26,357 nt of DNA from a virus. Its lineage: Duplodnaviria > Heunggongvirae > Uroviricota > Caudoviricetes. The notes beneath the pieces are model-generated. The model saw nothing but the letters and a program-made list of their open reading frames with translations, was not told the DNA's origin and did no database searches. The position numbers were made by a program, and so were the translations under genes. How positions within the stretch are numbered: the first letter of the stretch is position 1; every line of letters starts with the position of its first letter. The DNA is taken from the IMG/VR virus record IMGVR_UViG_2541047815_000002, positions 1-26,357 of that record. The stretch is one strand, 5' to 3'. Shown one piece after another: positions 18,448 to 26,357 of this stretch.

Positions 18448-18663
18448 ATGACGCTTGAGCGAATCAGCGCCTTTATCACGTATTGCATCGCCGTCGTGCT
18501 GGCCTGGCTGGGCGATTTGTCCATCAAGGATGCCTCAACGCTGGGCGGCCTGATGATTGGTGTGCTGATGCTGGCTATCAACTGGTACTACAAACACAAA
18601 GCCTACCAGCTTCTGCGCGACGGGCAGATCTCGCGGGAGGACTATGAATCCATCAATCGTTAA
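18448..18663 (+). CDS. Y: Holin (two predicted TM segments)
   Basis: 71-aa protein with two hydrophobic helices and a charged C-terminus, directly upstream of the endolysin. Confidence 0.65.
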   Translation: MTLERISAFITYCIAVVLAWLGDLSIKDASTLGGLMIGVLMLAINWYYKHKAYQLLRDGQISREDYESINR

Positions 18664-19156
18664 ACGCTGCCTTGTCGGGGCCGTGCTGGCTATTGCTGCC
18701 ACGCTGCCGGGTTTTCAGCAGCTTCACACCTCCGTGGAGGGGCTGAAACTGATTGCCGATTACGAAGGCTGTCGTCTGCAGCCGTATCAGTGCAGCGCGG
18801 GTGTCTGGACCGACGGCATTGGTAATACATCGGGCGTCATTCCCGGCAAAACAATCACGGAACGACAGGCAGCAGAAGGGCTGATCTCCAACGTGCTGCG
18901 TGTGGAGCGGGCACTGGAAAGGTGTGTGAAGCAACAGCCACCACAGAAGGTGTATGACGCTACGGTGTCGTTTGCCTTCAACGTGGGGACGGGCAATGCC
19001 TGTAGTTCCACGCTGGTGAAATTGCTCAATCAGCGGCGCTGGGCGGATGCGTGCCGACAGTTGCCGCGCTGGGTTTATGTAAAAGGTGTGTTTAATCAGG
19101 GGCTGGATAACCGCCGTGCGCGGGAGATGGCCTGGTGTTTACAGGGAGCAAACTGA
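18644..19156 (+). CDS. K: Endolysin, T4-lysozyme-like (GH24), possible N-terminal SAR segment
   Basis: Catalytic signature EGLKLIADYEG ... WTDGIGNT (E/D/T triad pattern of the T4 lysozyme family). N-terminal Gly/Ala-rich weakly hydrophobic segment CLVGAVLAIAATLPG. Confidence 0.85.
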   Translation: MNPSIVKRCLVGAVLAIAATLPGFQQLHTSVEGLKLIADYEGCRLQPYQCSAGVWTDGIGNTSGVIPGKTITERQAAEGLISNVLRVERALERCVKQQPPQKVYDATVSFAFNVGTGNACSSTLVKLLNQRRWADACRQLPRWVYVKGVFNQGLDNRRAREMAWCLQGAN

Positions 19157-19157
19157 A

Positions 19158-19535
19158 ATGAAAAAGAAATTAATCAGCGGGCTGTTTCTGATGTTATGGA
19201 TGGCGCTGTTAATCGCAGCAATGGTGTATCCGCAGGGGATCTTTCCGGTACTGGCAGCGTCCGGCGTTTGGGTAGCCTGTTTGCTGACATGGGCGGTAAT
19301 TCCGGTAGCACTGGCTGCGTTAATTCAGAATGGCCCGCTCTGGCAGGAGTTAAGGGCATCTTTGCTGAAGACAATTACCCGAAAAGAAAACGTATTTATC
19401 TGTTGGGTGATGCGATTGCTGATTGTTGTAAGTCTCGCATGGACGGGGTGGGCTATTACCCTGGTCTTTTATCTACTGACCGTTATTGCCTTCTGGATCA
19501 CCCGTAATCAGATGGCGCAACAGGTAGCAGCATGA
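19158..19535 (+). CDS. lysA: LysA-like membrane protein (lysis timing)
   Basis: ATG at 19158. Multi-pass hydrophobic 125-aa protein in the P2 lysA position. Confidence 0.6.
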   Translation: MKKKLISGLFLMLWMALLIAAMVYPQGIFPVLAASGVWVACLLTWAVIPVALAALIQNGPLWQELRASLLKTITRKENVFICWVMRLLIVVSLAWTGWAITLVFYLLTVIAFWITRNQMAQQVAA

Positions 19536-19960
19536 ACCGGTTGCTGCTGGTTGTGCTGGCGTTATTACTGGCGGCGCTGGGCTGGCAGACGTGGCGGCTG
19601 GCTGATGCCAGCCAGACCATCAGCACGCAGGCAAACGAGCTGCAGAGCAAAAGCCAGGCACTGGCAAAGAGCAACAGCCAGCTTATCAGCCTGTCCATTC
19701 TGACTGAAACCAATAACCGGGAGCAGGCGCGGCTCTATGCCGAAGCAGAACAGACCAGCGCACAGCTGAGACAACGACAACGCCGGATCGAGGAACTGAA
19801 ACGTGAGAACGAGGATTTACGCCACTGGGCTGATACTCCTTTGCCTGCTGACATTATCCGGCTGCGGGAACGTCCGGCACTCACCGGAGGTGCAGCTTAC
19901 CGTCAGTGGTTGTCCGCGAGTGACGCCGTGTCGGCTGGAGCAGGCAGCACCGCGCACTAA
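19532..19960 (+). CDS. lysB: i-spanin (Rz-like, P2 LysB)
   Basis: N-terminal TM anchor followed by a coiled-coil-like Q/E/R-rich periplasmic domain. ATGA overlap with lysA. Confidence 0.7.
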   Translation: MNRLLLVVLALLLAALGWQTWRLADASQTISTQANELQSKSQALAKSNSQLISLSILTETNNREQARLYAEAEQTSAQLRQRQRRIEELKRENEDLRHWADTPLPADIIRLRERPALTGGAAYRQWLSASDAVSAGAGSTAH

Positions 19961-20093
19961 CGGTGATCTGAATGCGTTGCTGGATGAAACGGAGGCCGCC
20001 TGGGCGGTCTGTGCAGACAAAGTGGACATGATTATTGCGTGTCAGGAGCGAAACAGTGAACAAACCACAATCCCTGCGCCACGCCCTCAATAA
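19803..20093 (+). CDS. lysC: o-spanin lipoprotein (Rz1-like, P2 LysC), embedded/overlapping
   Basis: Alternative-frame ORF starting at GTG 19803 with lipobox LTLSGC. Overlaps the 3' end of lysB and the 5' end of R, as in P2. Confidence 0.6.
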   Translation: MRTRIYATGLILLCLLTLSGCGNVRHSPEVQLTVSGCPRVTPCRLEQAAPRTNGDLNALLDETEAAWAVCADKVDMIIACQERNSEQTTIPAPRPQ

Positions 20094-20487
20094 AGCGGTG
20101 CCTTATGTCCGCAATAACCCGGACAAACTGCATCTGTTTGTGGATAACGGTTCGCTGGTTGCCACGGGGGCCAGCTCCATGTCATGGGAGTACCATTATA
20201 CCCTCAACGTGGTGATTGAGGATTTCAGCGGCGACCAGAATCTGCTGATGGCCCCGGTTTTGCTGTGGCTGAGGGATAACCAGCCCGATGCCATCAATAA
20301 CCCGGCGTTACGGGAAAAGCTATTCACCTTTGAGGTGGATATTCTGCGCAACGATGTCTGTGATATCAGCCTGAACCTGCAACTGACGGAACGTGTGCTG
20401 GTCAGCACTGACGGCAGTGTGTCGAGCGTTGAAGCTATAGCGGAACCTGATGCACCTGAAGAAATGTGGACGGTGAAACGTGGCTGA
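20056..20487 (+). CDS. R: Tail completion protein R
   Basis: GTG at 20056 with AGGAGCG upstream. Sequence resembles P2 R (SLRHALNKAV ... FVDNGS ... YTLNVVIEDFSGD). Confidence 0.8.
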   Translation: MNKPQSLRHALNKAVPYVRNNPDKLHLFVDNGSLVATGASSMSWEYHYTLNVVIEDFSGDQNLLMAPVLLWLRDNQPDAINNPALREKLFTFEVDILRNDVCDISLNLQLTERVLVSTDGSVSSVEAIAEPDAPEEMWTVKRG

Positions 20488-20926
20488 ACTGCAGAAGGTG
20501 GACGACTGGCTGAGTGCCTTGCTGGCGAATCTGGAACCAGCCTCGAGAAGCCGCATGATGCGCCAGCTGGCGCAGGAACTTCGCCGGACACAGCAGCAGA
20601 ATATCAGGATGCAGCGCAACCCTGACGGCAGCAGCTATGAACCGCGACGGGTAACAGCACGCAGTAAAAAAGGCCGTATCAAACGTCAGATGTTTGCAAA
20701 GCTGCGCACCACAAAATACCTGAAAACTGCCGCCAGCACCGACTCTGCCAGCGTGCAGTTTGAAGGCAAGGTGCAGCGCATTGCCCGCGTTCACCATTAC
20801 GGCCTGCGAGATCGCGTCAGTCGTAAGGGACCGGAGGTGCGTTACGCAGAGCGTCGCCTTCTGGGTGTAAATGATGATGTTGAGGCAATGACCCGCGACA
20901 TGATTCTGCAATGGCTGGCGGGGTGA
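20480..20926 (+). CDS. S: Tail completion protein S
   Basis: GTG start overlapping the R stop. Conserved RMMRQLAQELRRTQQQNIRMQRNPDGS segment, as in P2 S. Confidence 0.8.
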   Translation: MAELQKVDDWLSALLANLEPASRSRMMRQLAQELRRTQQQNIRMQRNPDGSSYEPRRVTARSKKGRIKRQMFAKLRTTKYLKTAASTDSASVQFEGKVQRIARVHHYGLRDRVSRKGPEVRYAERRLLGVNDDVEAMTRDMILQWLAG

Positions 20927-20930
20927 TCTT

Positions 20931-20948
20931 TGTATCAGCACTGATACA
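20931..20948. promoter_or_regulatory. Ogr/Delta-type late-promoter activator site upstream of V (perfect TGT-N12-ACA dyad)
   Basis: TGTATCAGCACTGATACA, a perfect extended palindrome centred about 55 bp upstream of the V ATG. Confidence 0.55.
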
Positions 20949-20994
20949 AGTTGCAGCACTGCCGCCTTTCTTCCCCTGATGGCAACCTTTCCCT

Positions 20995-21573
20995 ATGAAC
21001 GCACAATTAACCGAAATCATGCGCCTTATCACCAACCTGATCCGCACAGGGGTAGTCACCGAAGTGGACAGGGAAAACTGGCTTTGCCGGGTGAAAACGG
21101 GCGAGCTTGAAACCAACTGGATCAGCTGGCTGACGCTGCGTGCCGGGAATGCCCGTACATGGTGGCGACCATCGGAAGGTGAGCAGGTGGTGCTGCTGAG
21201 TCTGGGCGGCAATCTGGAAACCGCCTTTGCGCTGCCCGCTGTCTATTCGAATCAGTTCGCACCACCGTCGACGTCGGCGGATGCCTGCGTGACAGAATAT
21301 CCTGACGGTGGCTGGTTTGAATACGAACCCGCCACCGGGCGCTGGTATGTCAGGGGCATCAAATCAATGGTCATTGAGGCTGCTGACAACATCACCATGA
21401 AAACCAGTGAGTTTGTACTGGAGGCTGACCGCACGCGCATTAACAGCGAAGTGGTGATCAATGGTGGCGTTACCCAGGGCGGCGGAGCGATGAGTTCTAA
21501 CGGGATCGTGGTTGATGCGCATCAGCATACTGGCGTCCTGAAAGGCGGCGATACAACCGGAGGCCCGGTATGA
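20995..21573 (+). CDS. V: Baseplate spike/assembly protein V
   Basis: 192 aa. N-terminus and WISWLTLRAGNARTWW segment resemble P2 gpV. Confidence 0.85.
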   Translation: MNAQLTEIMRLITNLIRTGVVTEVDRENWLCRVKTGELETNWISWLTLRAGNARTWWRPSEGEQVVLLSLGGNLETAFALPAVYSNQFAPPSTSADACVTEYPDGGWFEYEPATGRWYVRGIKSMVIEAADNITMKTSEFVLEADRTRINSEVVINGGVTQGGGAMSSNGIVVDAHQHTGVLKGGDTTGGPV

Positions 21574-21929
21574 CGCTTTATAGCGGGATGAACAATACCA
21601 GCGGCAAAGTCATTACTGATATTGATCATCTGCGCCAGTCGGTGCGGGACATTCTGCTGACACCGCAGGGTAGCCGTATTGCCCGCCGGGAATATGGTTC
21701 CCTGCTGTCTGCACTGATAGATCAGCCACAAAATCCGGCATTACGCCTGCAGGTCATGTCGGCTGTGTATGTTGCACTGAGTCGCTGGGAGCCACGGCTG
21801 ACGCTGGATTCCATCACTATTAACAGCAATTTTGACGGTTCAATGGTGGTGGAGCTGACCGGACGGCGGAATAACGGTGTGCCTGTGTCCCTTTCAGTAT
21901 CAACAGGAGCAGAGAATGGCAGTGATTGA
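21570..21929 (+). CDS. W: Baseplate protein W (GPW/gp25 family)
   Basis: 119 aa, ATGA-coupled to V. Position and size match P2 W. Confidence 0.85.
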   Translation: MTLYSGMNNTSGKVITDIDHLRQSVRDILLTPQGSRIARREYGSLLSALIDQPQNPALRLQVMSAVYVALSRWEPRLTLDSITINSNFDGSMVVELTGRRNNGVPVSLSVSTGAENGSD

Positions 21930-22824
21930 CCTTTCGCAGTTGCCTGCACCGCAGATTGTGGATGTGCCGGACTTTGAGACGCTGCTTGCCGAACGCAAGG
22001 CAGAATTTGTGGCGCTTCATCCGAAAGATGAGCAGGAAGCAGTGATCCGCACGCTGGAACTGGAATCTGAACCCGTCACCAAATTGTTGCAGGAGAACGC
22101 TTACCGTGAGTTGCTTCTGCGCCAGCGCATTAATGAAGCCGCGCAGGCGGTAATGGTGGCTTACGCGATGGGCGGCGATCTTGACCAGATCGCTGCCAAC
22201 TACAACGTGAAACGCCTGACGGTGACGCCTGCTGATAATGACGCTGTGCCGCCCGTTGCAGCAGTGATGGAAAGCGATGAAGCGTTACGCCTGCGTGTGC
22301 CTGCAGCCTTTGAGGGGCTTTCAGTTGCGGGGCCAACTGCAGCTTATGAATTTCATGCCCGAAGCGCCGACGGTCGGGTGGCGGATGCCAGTGCAACCAG
22401 CCCGGCACCTGCAGAGGTGGTGCTGACTGTCCTTAGCCGCGAAGGCGATGGAACTGCAGAAAAAGACCTGCTGGACGTGGTGGAAAAAGCTCTGAACAGT
22501 GAGAACGTCCGCCCGGTGGCTGACCGTCTGACGGTTCGCAGCGCAGAAATCATCCCGTATCGCGTGGAAGCCACCATTTTTCTCTATCCGGGACCGGAAG
22601 CAGAGCCGGTAATGGCAGCGGCAAAAGCCAGCCTGCAGAAGTACATCGCCAGTCAGACGCGTCTTGGTCGGGATATTCGCCGTAGCGCCATCTTTGCCGC
22701 CCTGCATGTTGAGGGTGTGCAGCGTGTGGAGCTGGCTTCTCCTCTGGCGGATGTGGTCCTGAACAAAACACAGGCGGCATCATGTACGCAGTGGAGCGTA
22801 ACCAACGGAGGAACGGATGAATAG
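21916..22824 (+). CDS. J: Baseplate assembly protein J
   Basis: ATG at 21916 with AGGAGC upstream. About 302 aa, as P2 J. Confidence 0.85.
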   Translation: MAVIDLSQLPAPQIVDVPDFETLLAERKAEFVALHPKDEQEAVIRTLELESEPVTKLLQENAYRELLLRQRINEAAQAVMVAYAMGGDLDQIAANYNVKRLTVTPADNDAVPPVAAVMESDEALRLRVPAAFEGLSVAGPTAAYEFHARSADGRVADASATSPAPAEVVLTVLSREGDGTAEKDLLDVVEKALNSENVRPVADRLTVRSAEIIPYRVEATIFLYPGPEAEPVMAAAKASLQKYIASQTRLGRDIRRSAIFAALHVEGVQRVELASPLADVVLNKTQAASCTQWSVTNGGTDE

Positions 22825-23422
22825 TCTGCTGCCACCGGGTTCAACTTCACTGGAGCGCCGACTGGCGCAAACCTGTAGCGGGATTTCTGATCTGCAGGTG
22901 CCGCTGCGTGACTTGTGGAGTCCGGCTACCTGTCCGGTCAGCTTCCTGCCTTATCTCGCCTGGGCGTTCTCTGTGGATCGCTGGGACGAGGGCTGGACAG
23001 AAAGCGTCAAACGCCAGGTAGTGAAGGATGCTTTTTATATTCATCAGCATAAAGGAACCACCAGTGCCGTGCGGCGGGTGGTGGAACCGTTCGGATTCCT
23101 GATCCGCATTATTGAGTGGTGGCAGACCGGAGAAACACCGGGCACGTTTCGCCTGGATATCGGCGTGCAGGACCAGGGCATCACTGAAGATACCTATCTG
23201 GAACTTGAGCGGCTGATAAGCGATGCCAAACCATGTAGCCGTCACATGATCGGCATGTCCATCAATCTGCAGACCAGCGGTCCGCATTGGGTGGGGGCCG
23301 CCAGCTATCTTGGCGAAGAAATCACGATCTATCCGTATATCAACGAAACAATTATTTCTGGCGGCACCGCGCATGAAGGCGGGGCGGTCCATGTTATTGA
23401 CACAATGAGAGTGAATCCATGA
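22817..23422 (+). CDS. I: Baseplate protein I
   Basis: 201 aa, overlaps the J stop. Position matches P2 I. Confidence 0.85.
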   Translation: MNSLLPPGSTSLERRLAQTCSGISDLQVPLRDLWSPATCPVSFLPYLAWAFSVDRWDEGWTESVKRQVVKDAFYIHQHKGTTSAVRRVVEPFGFLIRIIEWWQTGETPGTFRLDIGVQDQGITEDTYLELERLISDAKPCSRHMIGMSINLQTSGPHWVGAASYLGEEITIYPYINETIISGGTAHEGGAVHVIDTMRVNP

Positions 23423-24948
23423 GCACAAAATTTTATACCCTGCTGACGGATATTGGCGCGGCGAAACTTGCCAGCGCCGCCGCGCTCGGTGTGCCGCTAA
23501 AAATTACCCATATGGCGGTCGGCGATGGCGGCGGAGTATTGCCAACGCCAGACTCAAAGCAGACTGCACTGGTAAATGAGAAACGCCGGGCTGCGCTGAA
23601 TATGCTCTATATCGACCCGCAGAACAGCAGCCAGATTATTGCCGAACAGGTGATCCCTGAAAACGAGGGCGGTTGGTGGATACGTGAAGTGGGCTTGTTT
23701 GATGAGTCCGGGGCATTGATTGCCGTGGGCAACTGCCCGGAAAGCTATAAGCCGCAACTGGCTGAAGGTAGCGGGCGCACTCAGACCGTGCGCATGGTGC
23801 TGATTACCAGCAGCACGGACAATATCACCCTGAAAATCGACCCTGCCGTAGTGCTGGCAACCCGCAAGTATGTGGATGACAAGGCACTGGAGCTGAAGGT
23901 GTACGCGGATGATCAGATGGCAAAACATCTTGCCGCACCGGACCCGCATTCACAGTATGCACCCAAAGAAAGTCCGACGTTTACCGGGACACCCAAAGCG
24001 CCAACGCCAGCCGCAGGGAATAACACCACGCAGATTGCGACCACCGCGTTTGTTCAGGCGGCTCTGACGGCTCTTATTAATGGTGCGCCAGCCACGCTGG
24101 ACACGCTGAAAGAAATAGCCGCAGCCATTAACAATGATCCGAAATTCAGTACCACCATTAACAATGCGCTGGCACTGAAAGCGCCGCTGTCGAGTCCGGC
24201 ACTCACCGGAACGCCAACCGCACCTACTGCGGCACAGTCGGTCAACAATACACAGATTGCCACCACGGCATTTGTGAAATCGGCGATTGCGGCAATGGTG
24301 GGTTCTGCACCTGCGGCACTGGATACACTGAACGAACTGGCGGCAGCGCTGGGGAATGACCCGAACTTTGCCACGACAATGCTTAATGCGCTGGCAGGTA
24401 AACAACCGCTGGACAATACGCTGACTAATTTGAGTGGAAAGGATGTAGCTGGTCTTCTCACATACCTTGGTTTGGGAGAAGGTTCAGCATTACCTGTTGG
24501 TGCGCCTGTTCCGTGGCCTTCAGAGACACCTCCAACAGGCTGGCTGAAATGCAACGGGGCGGCTTTTTCTGCTGAAGAATACCCGGAACTGGCAAAGGCT
24601 TACCCGACAAATAAATTGCCTGATTTACGAGGTGAATTTATTCGTGGCTGGGATGATGGGCGCGGTATTGATACAGGACGTGCTTTATTGAGCCTTCAGG
24701 CTGGGATGCTGGAAAAGCACCGTCATATTGTTGTTGCCAATGATGGTTACGACACAAAAGATGAATGGGAACTGGCTACGATTTTCAAAAAGACATACAC
24801 ACAAGGACGGGGACTTGATGCCACAAATACAGGAGGGAGTCTGATCCCATCACCGACACTTCATTCACGAGGGAGTATCGGTAATACTGGCGGGAGTGAA
24901 ACCCGTCCACGAAATATTGCATTTAACTTTATCGTGAGGGCTGCATAA
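23419..24948 (+). CDS. H: Tail fibre protein H (constant N-terminal part plus invertible C-terminal part with tail-collar-like domain)
   Basis: 509 aa. Internal tandem repeats of about 70 aa (roughly 23968-24402, each with GTP.APT ... NNTQIATTAFV ... LDTL ... NDP.F). C-terminal PTGWLKCNGAAFSAEEYPELA resembles a phage tail-collar motif. Confidence 0.85.
   Translation: MSTKFYTLLTDIGAAKLASAAALGVPLKITHMAVGDGGGVLPTPDSKQTALVNEKRRAALNMLYIDPQNSSQIIAEQVIPENEGGWWIREVGLFDESGALIAVGNCPESYKPQLAEGSGRTQTVRMVLITSSTDNITLKIDPAVVLATRKYVDDKALELKVYADDQMAKHLAAPDPHSQYAPKESPTFTGTPKAPTPAAGNNTTQIATTAFVQAALTALINGAPATLDTLKEIAAAINNDPKFSTTINNALALKAPLSSPALTGTPTAPTAAQSVNNTQIATTAFVKSAIAAMVGSAPAALDTLNELAAALGNDPNFATTMLNALAGKQPLDNTLTNLSGKDVAGLLTYLGLGEGSALPVGAPVPWPSETPPTGWLKCNGAAFSAEEYPELAKAYPTNKLPDLRGEFIRGWDDGRGIDTGRALLSLQAGMLEKHRHIVVANDGYDTKDEWELATIFKKTYTQGRGLDATNTGGSLIPSPTLHSRGSIGNTGGSETRPRNIAFNFIVRAA
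24455..24480. repeat. Gin/Pin/Cin-type inversion crossover site (26 bp, imperfect palindrome) inside H
   Basis: TTCTCACATACCTTGGTTTGGGAGAA. Half-sites TTCTCACATACC and TTCTCCCAAACC (reverse complement of the right half) resemble gix/cix/pix-type sites. The site encodes LLTYLGLGE of H. Confidence 0.6.
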
Positions 24949-25550
24949 TGGATAACGCCGTATTAAATAGCGAGCTTATTGCCACGAAGGCGGGGAATAT
25001 TACCGTCTATAACTATGATGGTGAAACTCGGGAATATATTTCCACTTCAAATGAATATCTTGCCATTGGTGTCGGTATCCCTGCATATTCCTGTTTAGAT
25101 GCCCCTGGCACACATAAGGCGGGTTATGCTATCTGCCGTTCGATGGATTTAAATTCATGGGAATATGTGCCAGATCATCGCGGTGAAATCGTCTATAGCA
25201 CCGAAACAGGAGAATCGAAAGAAATCACAGCTCCGGGTGATTATCCTGAAAATACAACCACTATCGCCCCGTTAACGCCATACGATAAATGGAATGGTGA
25301 GAAATGGGTGACAGATACCGAGGCACAGCACGGCGCAGCAGTAGATGCAGCAGAAGCACTGCGCCAGTCGCTGATTGATACTGCAATGGCCTCCATCAGT
25401 CTGATTCAACTGAAATTACAGGCCGGACGGAAGCTGACGCAGGCAGAAACAACCCGCCTTAACGCTGTGCTGGATTACATTGACGCGGTGACGGCAACAG
25501 ATACCAGCACAGCGCCGGATGTCATCTGGCCTGAACTGCCGGAGGCGTAG
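24948..25550 (+). CDS. G: Tail fibre assembly protein (Tfa, P2 gpG-like)
   Basis: 200 aa directly after H. C-terminal region resembles the tail-fibre-assembly domain shared with the opposite-strand paralog (LDYIDAV ... APDVIWPELP vs LDYLDAL ... APDIEWPTPP). Confidence 0.8.
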   Translation: MDNAVLNSELIATKAGNITVYNYDGETREYISTSNEYLAIGVGIPAYSCLDAPGTHKAGYAICRSMDLNSWEYVPDHRGEIVYSTETGESKEITAPGDYPENTTTIAPLTPYDKWNGEKWVTDTEAQHGAAVDAAEALRQSLIDTAMASISLIQLKLQAGRKLTQAETTRLNAVLDYIDAVTATDTSTAPDVIWPELPEA

Positions 25551-25974
25551 GCCATTCAATATCTGGCGCACCGGAAGTATCGATCAGCTCCAGTGCGTCC
25601 AGATAATCCAGCCACAAATTATATTGCGCCAGTTCATCACCTTTCAGACGACCAATAGCGGCTTTACCGGGCCATTGCTTACTGTTCATGTATTCGTTGG
25701 CCTGGTTAATTAGTAGCTGTCTTTCTGATTCAGTAATTTCAATAAGCTCTTCATGAGTAGGTGGAGGAATATCTGCCCACGTAGGTAGTCCATCCTCTCC
25801 GGCAATACGGACTTTTCCTTGTGGCGGTTCAGCCATAAACTCACTGACAATATTTTGATTCACCTCCTTAGCATCTGATAAATCCCATCCTACTGATTTA
25901 TATTTATCAATCATATCCACAGGGAAAAAAGCATTATGCCTGGCACTATAAACATATTCGTTCATATAAATCAC
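25522..25974 (-). CDS. Alternative tail fibre assembly protein (Tfa') in inverted orientation
   Basis: 150-aa minus-strand paralog of Tfa, convergent with G. This is the typical arrangement inside an invertible host-range segment. Confidence 0.75.
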   Translation of the reverse strand: MIYMNEYVYSARHNAFFPVDMIDKYKSVGWDLSDAKEVNQNIVSEFMAEPPQGKVRIAGEDGLPTWADIPPPTHEELIEITESERQLLINQANEYMNSKQWPGKAAIGRLKGDELAQYNLWLDYLDALELIDTSGAPDIEWPTPPAVQAR

Positions 25975-25985
25975 CCTGAATAAAA

Positions 25986-26357
25986 TTACTCACCAACAGC
26001 CCACCAACTGTAATGCATAGATACCGTGTCGCTGGTTGATGACGTTCTGTAAGCAGAATTAAAGCCGGTTAACGTAGGGCCTTCTGCAGTCATCACGAAC
26101 CCTCGCCCAGCGCCTAAAGGCGCACCGCCATCACCAGAATGGGTAAGAATGGCGCAGTCCGCTTTTTTAGGGAAAGGGATAGGAAATGTAATCCTCATTG
26201 TTTGCGTCGATAATTTCGGCATAGCCTCACCTCGACCATATTGCAGAATTTTACCGTTGGGTAATTTCATCCATCCATCACCACTGGCAAAAGAAGCCAT
26301 GTCCGGTATCTGATTTTCCCCTGTTCCCACACCCCGTTTCGCTGCTTCTCCCAAACC
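25986..26357 (-). CDS. Alternative tail-fibre C-terminal segment (promoterless; expressed only after inversion)
   Basis: Minus-strand ORF with no start of its own. Its reading frame runs through the partner inversion site at the window end (encoding ...GLGEAAKRG...), so inversion would fuse it in frame to the constant part of H at LGLGE. Confidence 0.65.
   Translation of the reverse strand, partial: GLGEAAKRGVGTGENQIPDMASFASGDGWMKLPNGKILQYGRGEAMPKLSTQTMRITFPIPFPKKADCAILTHSGDGGAPLGAGRGFVMTAEGPTLTGFNSAYRTSSTSDTVSMHYSWWAVGE
26346..26357. repeat. Partner inversion site (partial, truncated by window end)
   Basis: TTCTCCCAAACC is an exact match to the first 12 nt of the reverse complement of the 24455-24480 site. 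Confidence 0.55.

Noticed and set aside
20435-20959. 174-aa minus-strand ORF overlapping R/S, and similar antisense ORFs across the late genes (for example 22321-22707, 23950-24554, 17593-18045)
   Set aside because: All lie opposite strongly supported structural genes, lack RBS and motifs, and break the tight same-strand operon organisation.
1-26357. CRISPR arrays, tRNA/rRNA genes, attachment-site repeats
   Set aside because: No regularly spaced direct repeats or tRNA-like cloverleaf candidates were noticed. The integrase stop is at the window start, so attL would lie outside the window.

Overview
The window is almost entirely a P2/186-family temperate myovirus prophage of an enterobacterial host, read from the integrase end into the tail-fibre region. 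In order: integrase (-), a small secreted Cys-rich peptide (-), 186-type CI repressor (-), a divergent lytic promoter, apl/cox-like, cII, several small early genes, a TraR/DksA zinc-finger gene, a Dam-type adenine methyltransferase, the rolling-circle replication initiator A, a LexA-box-controlled small-protein/DinI-like module, then an AT-rich accessory island with two cargo genes (DUF2971-like 372 aa; AIPR-like ~590 aa) flanking a terminator and a cos-like GC-rich element. The late region follows in P2 order: portal Q (-), an extra degenerate terminase ATPase-domain paralog (-), terminase P (-), then O, N, M, L, X, holin, endolysin, lysA, lysB/lysC spanins, R, S, V, W, J, I, tail fibre H, Tfa (G), and an oppositely oriented alternative Tfa plus a promoterless alternative fibre C-terminus inside a Gin/Pin/Cin-type invertible segment. 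The strongest candidates for undescribed biology are the terminase ATPase-core paralog translationally coupled between terminase and portal, and the two low-GC cargo genes at the A-to-Q hotspot. All domain and family assignments are from reading motifs and from memory of these families; no searches were run. No tRNA, rRNA, CRISPR array or attachment site was seen in the window.
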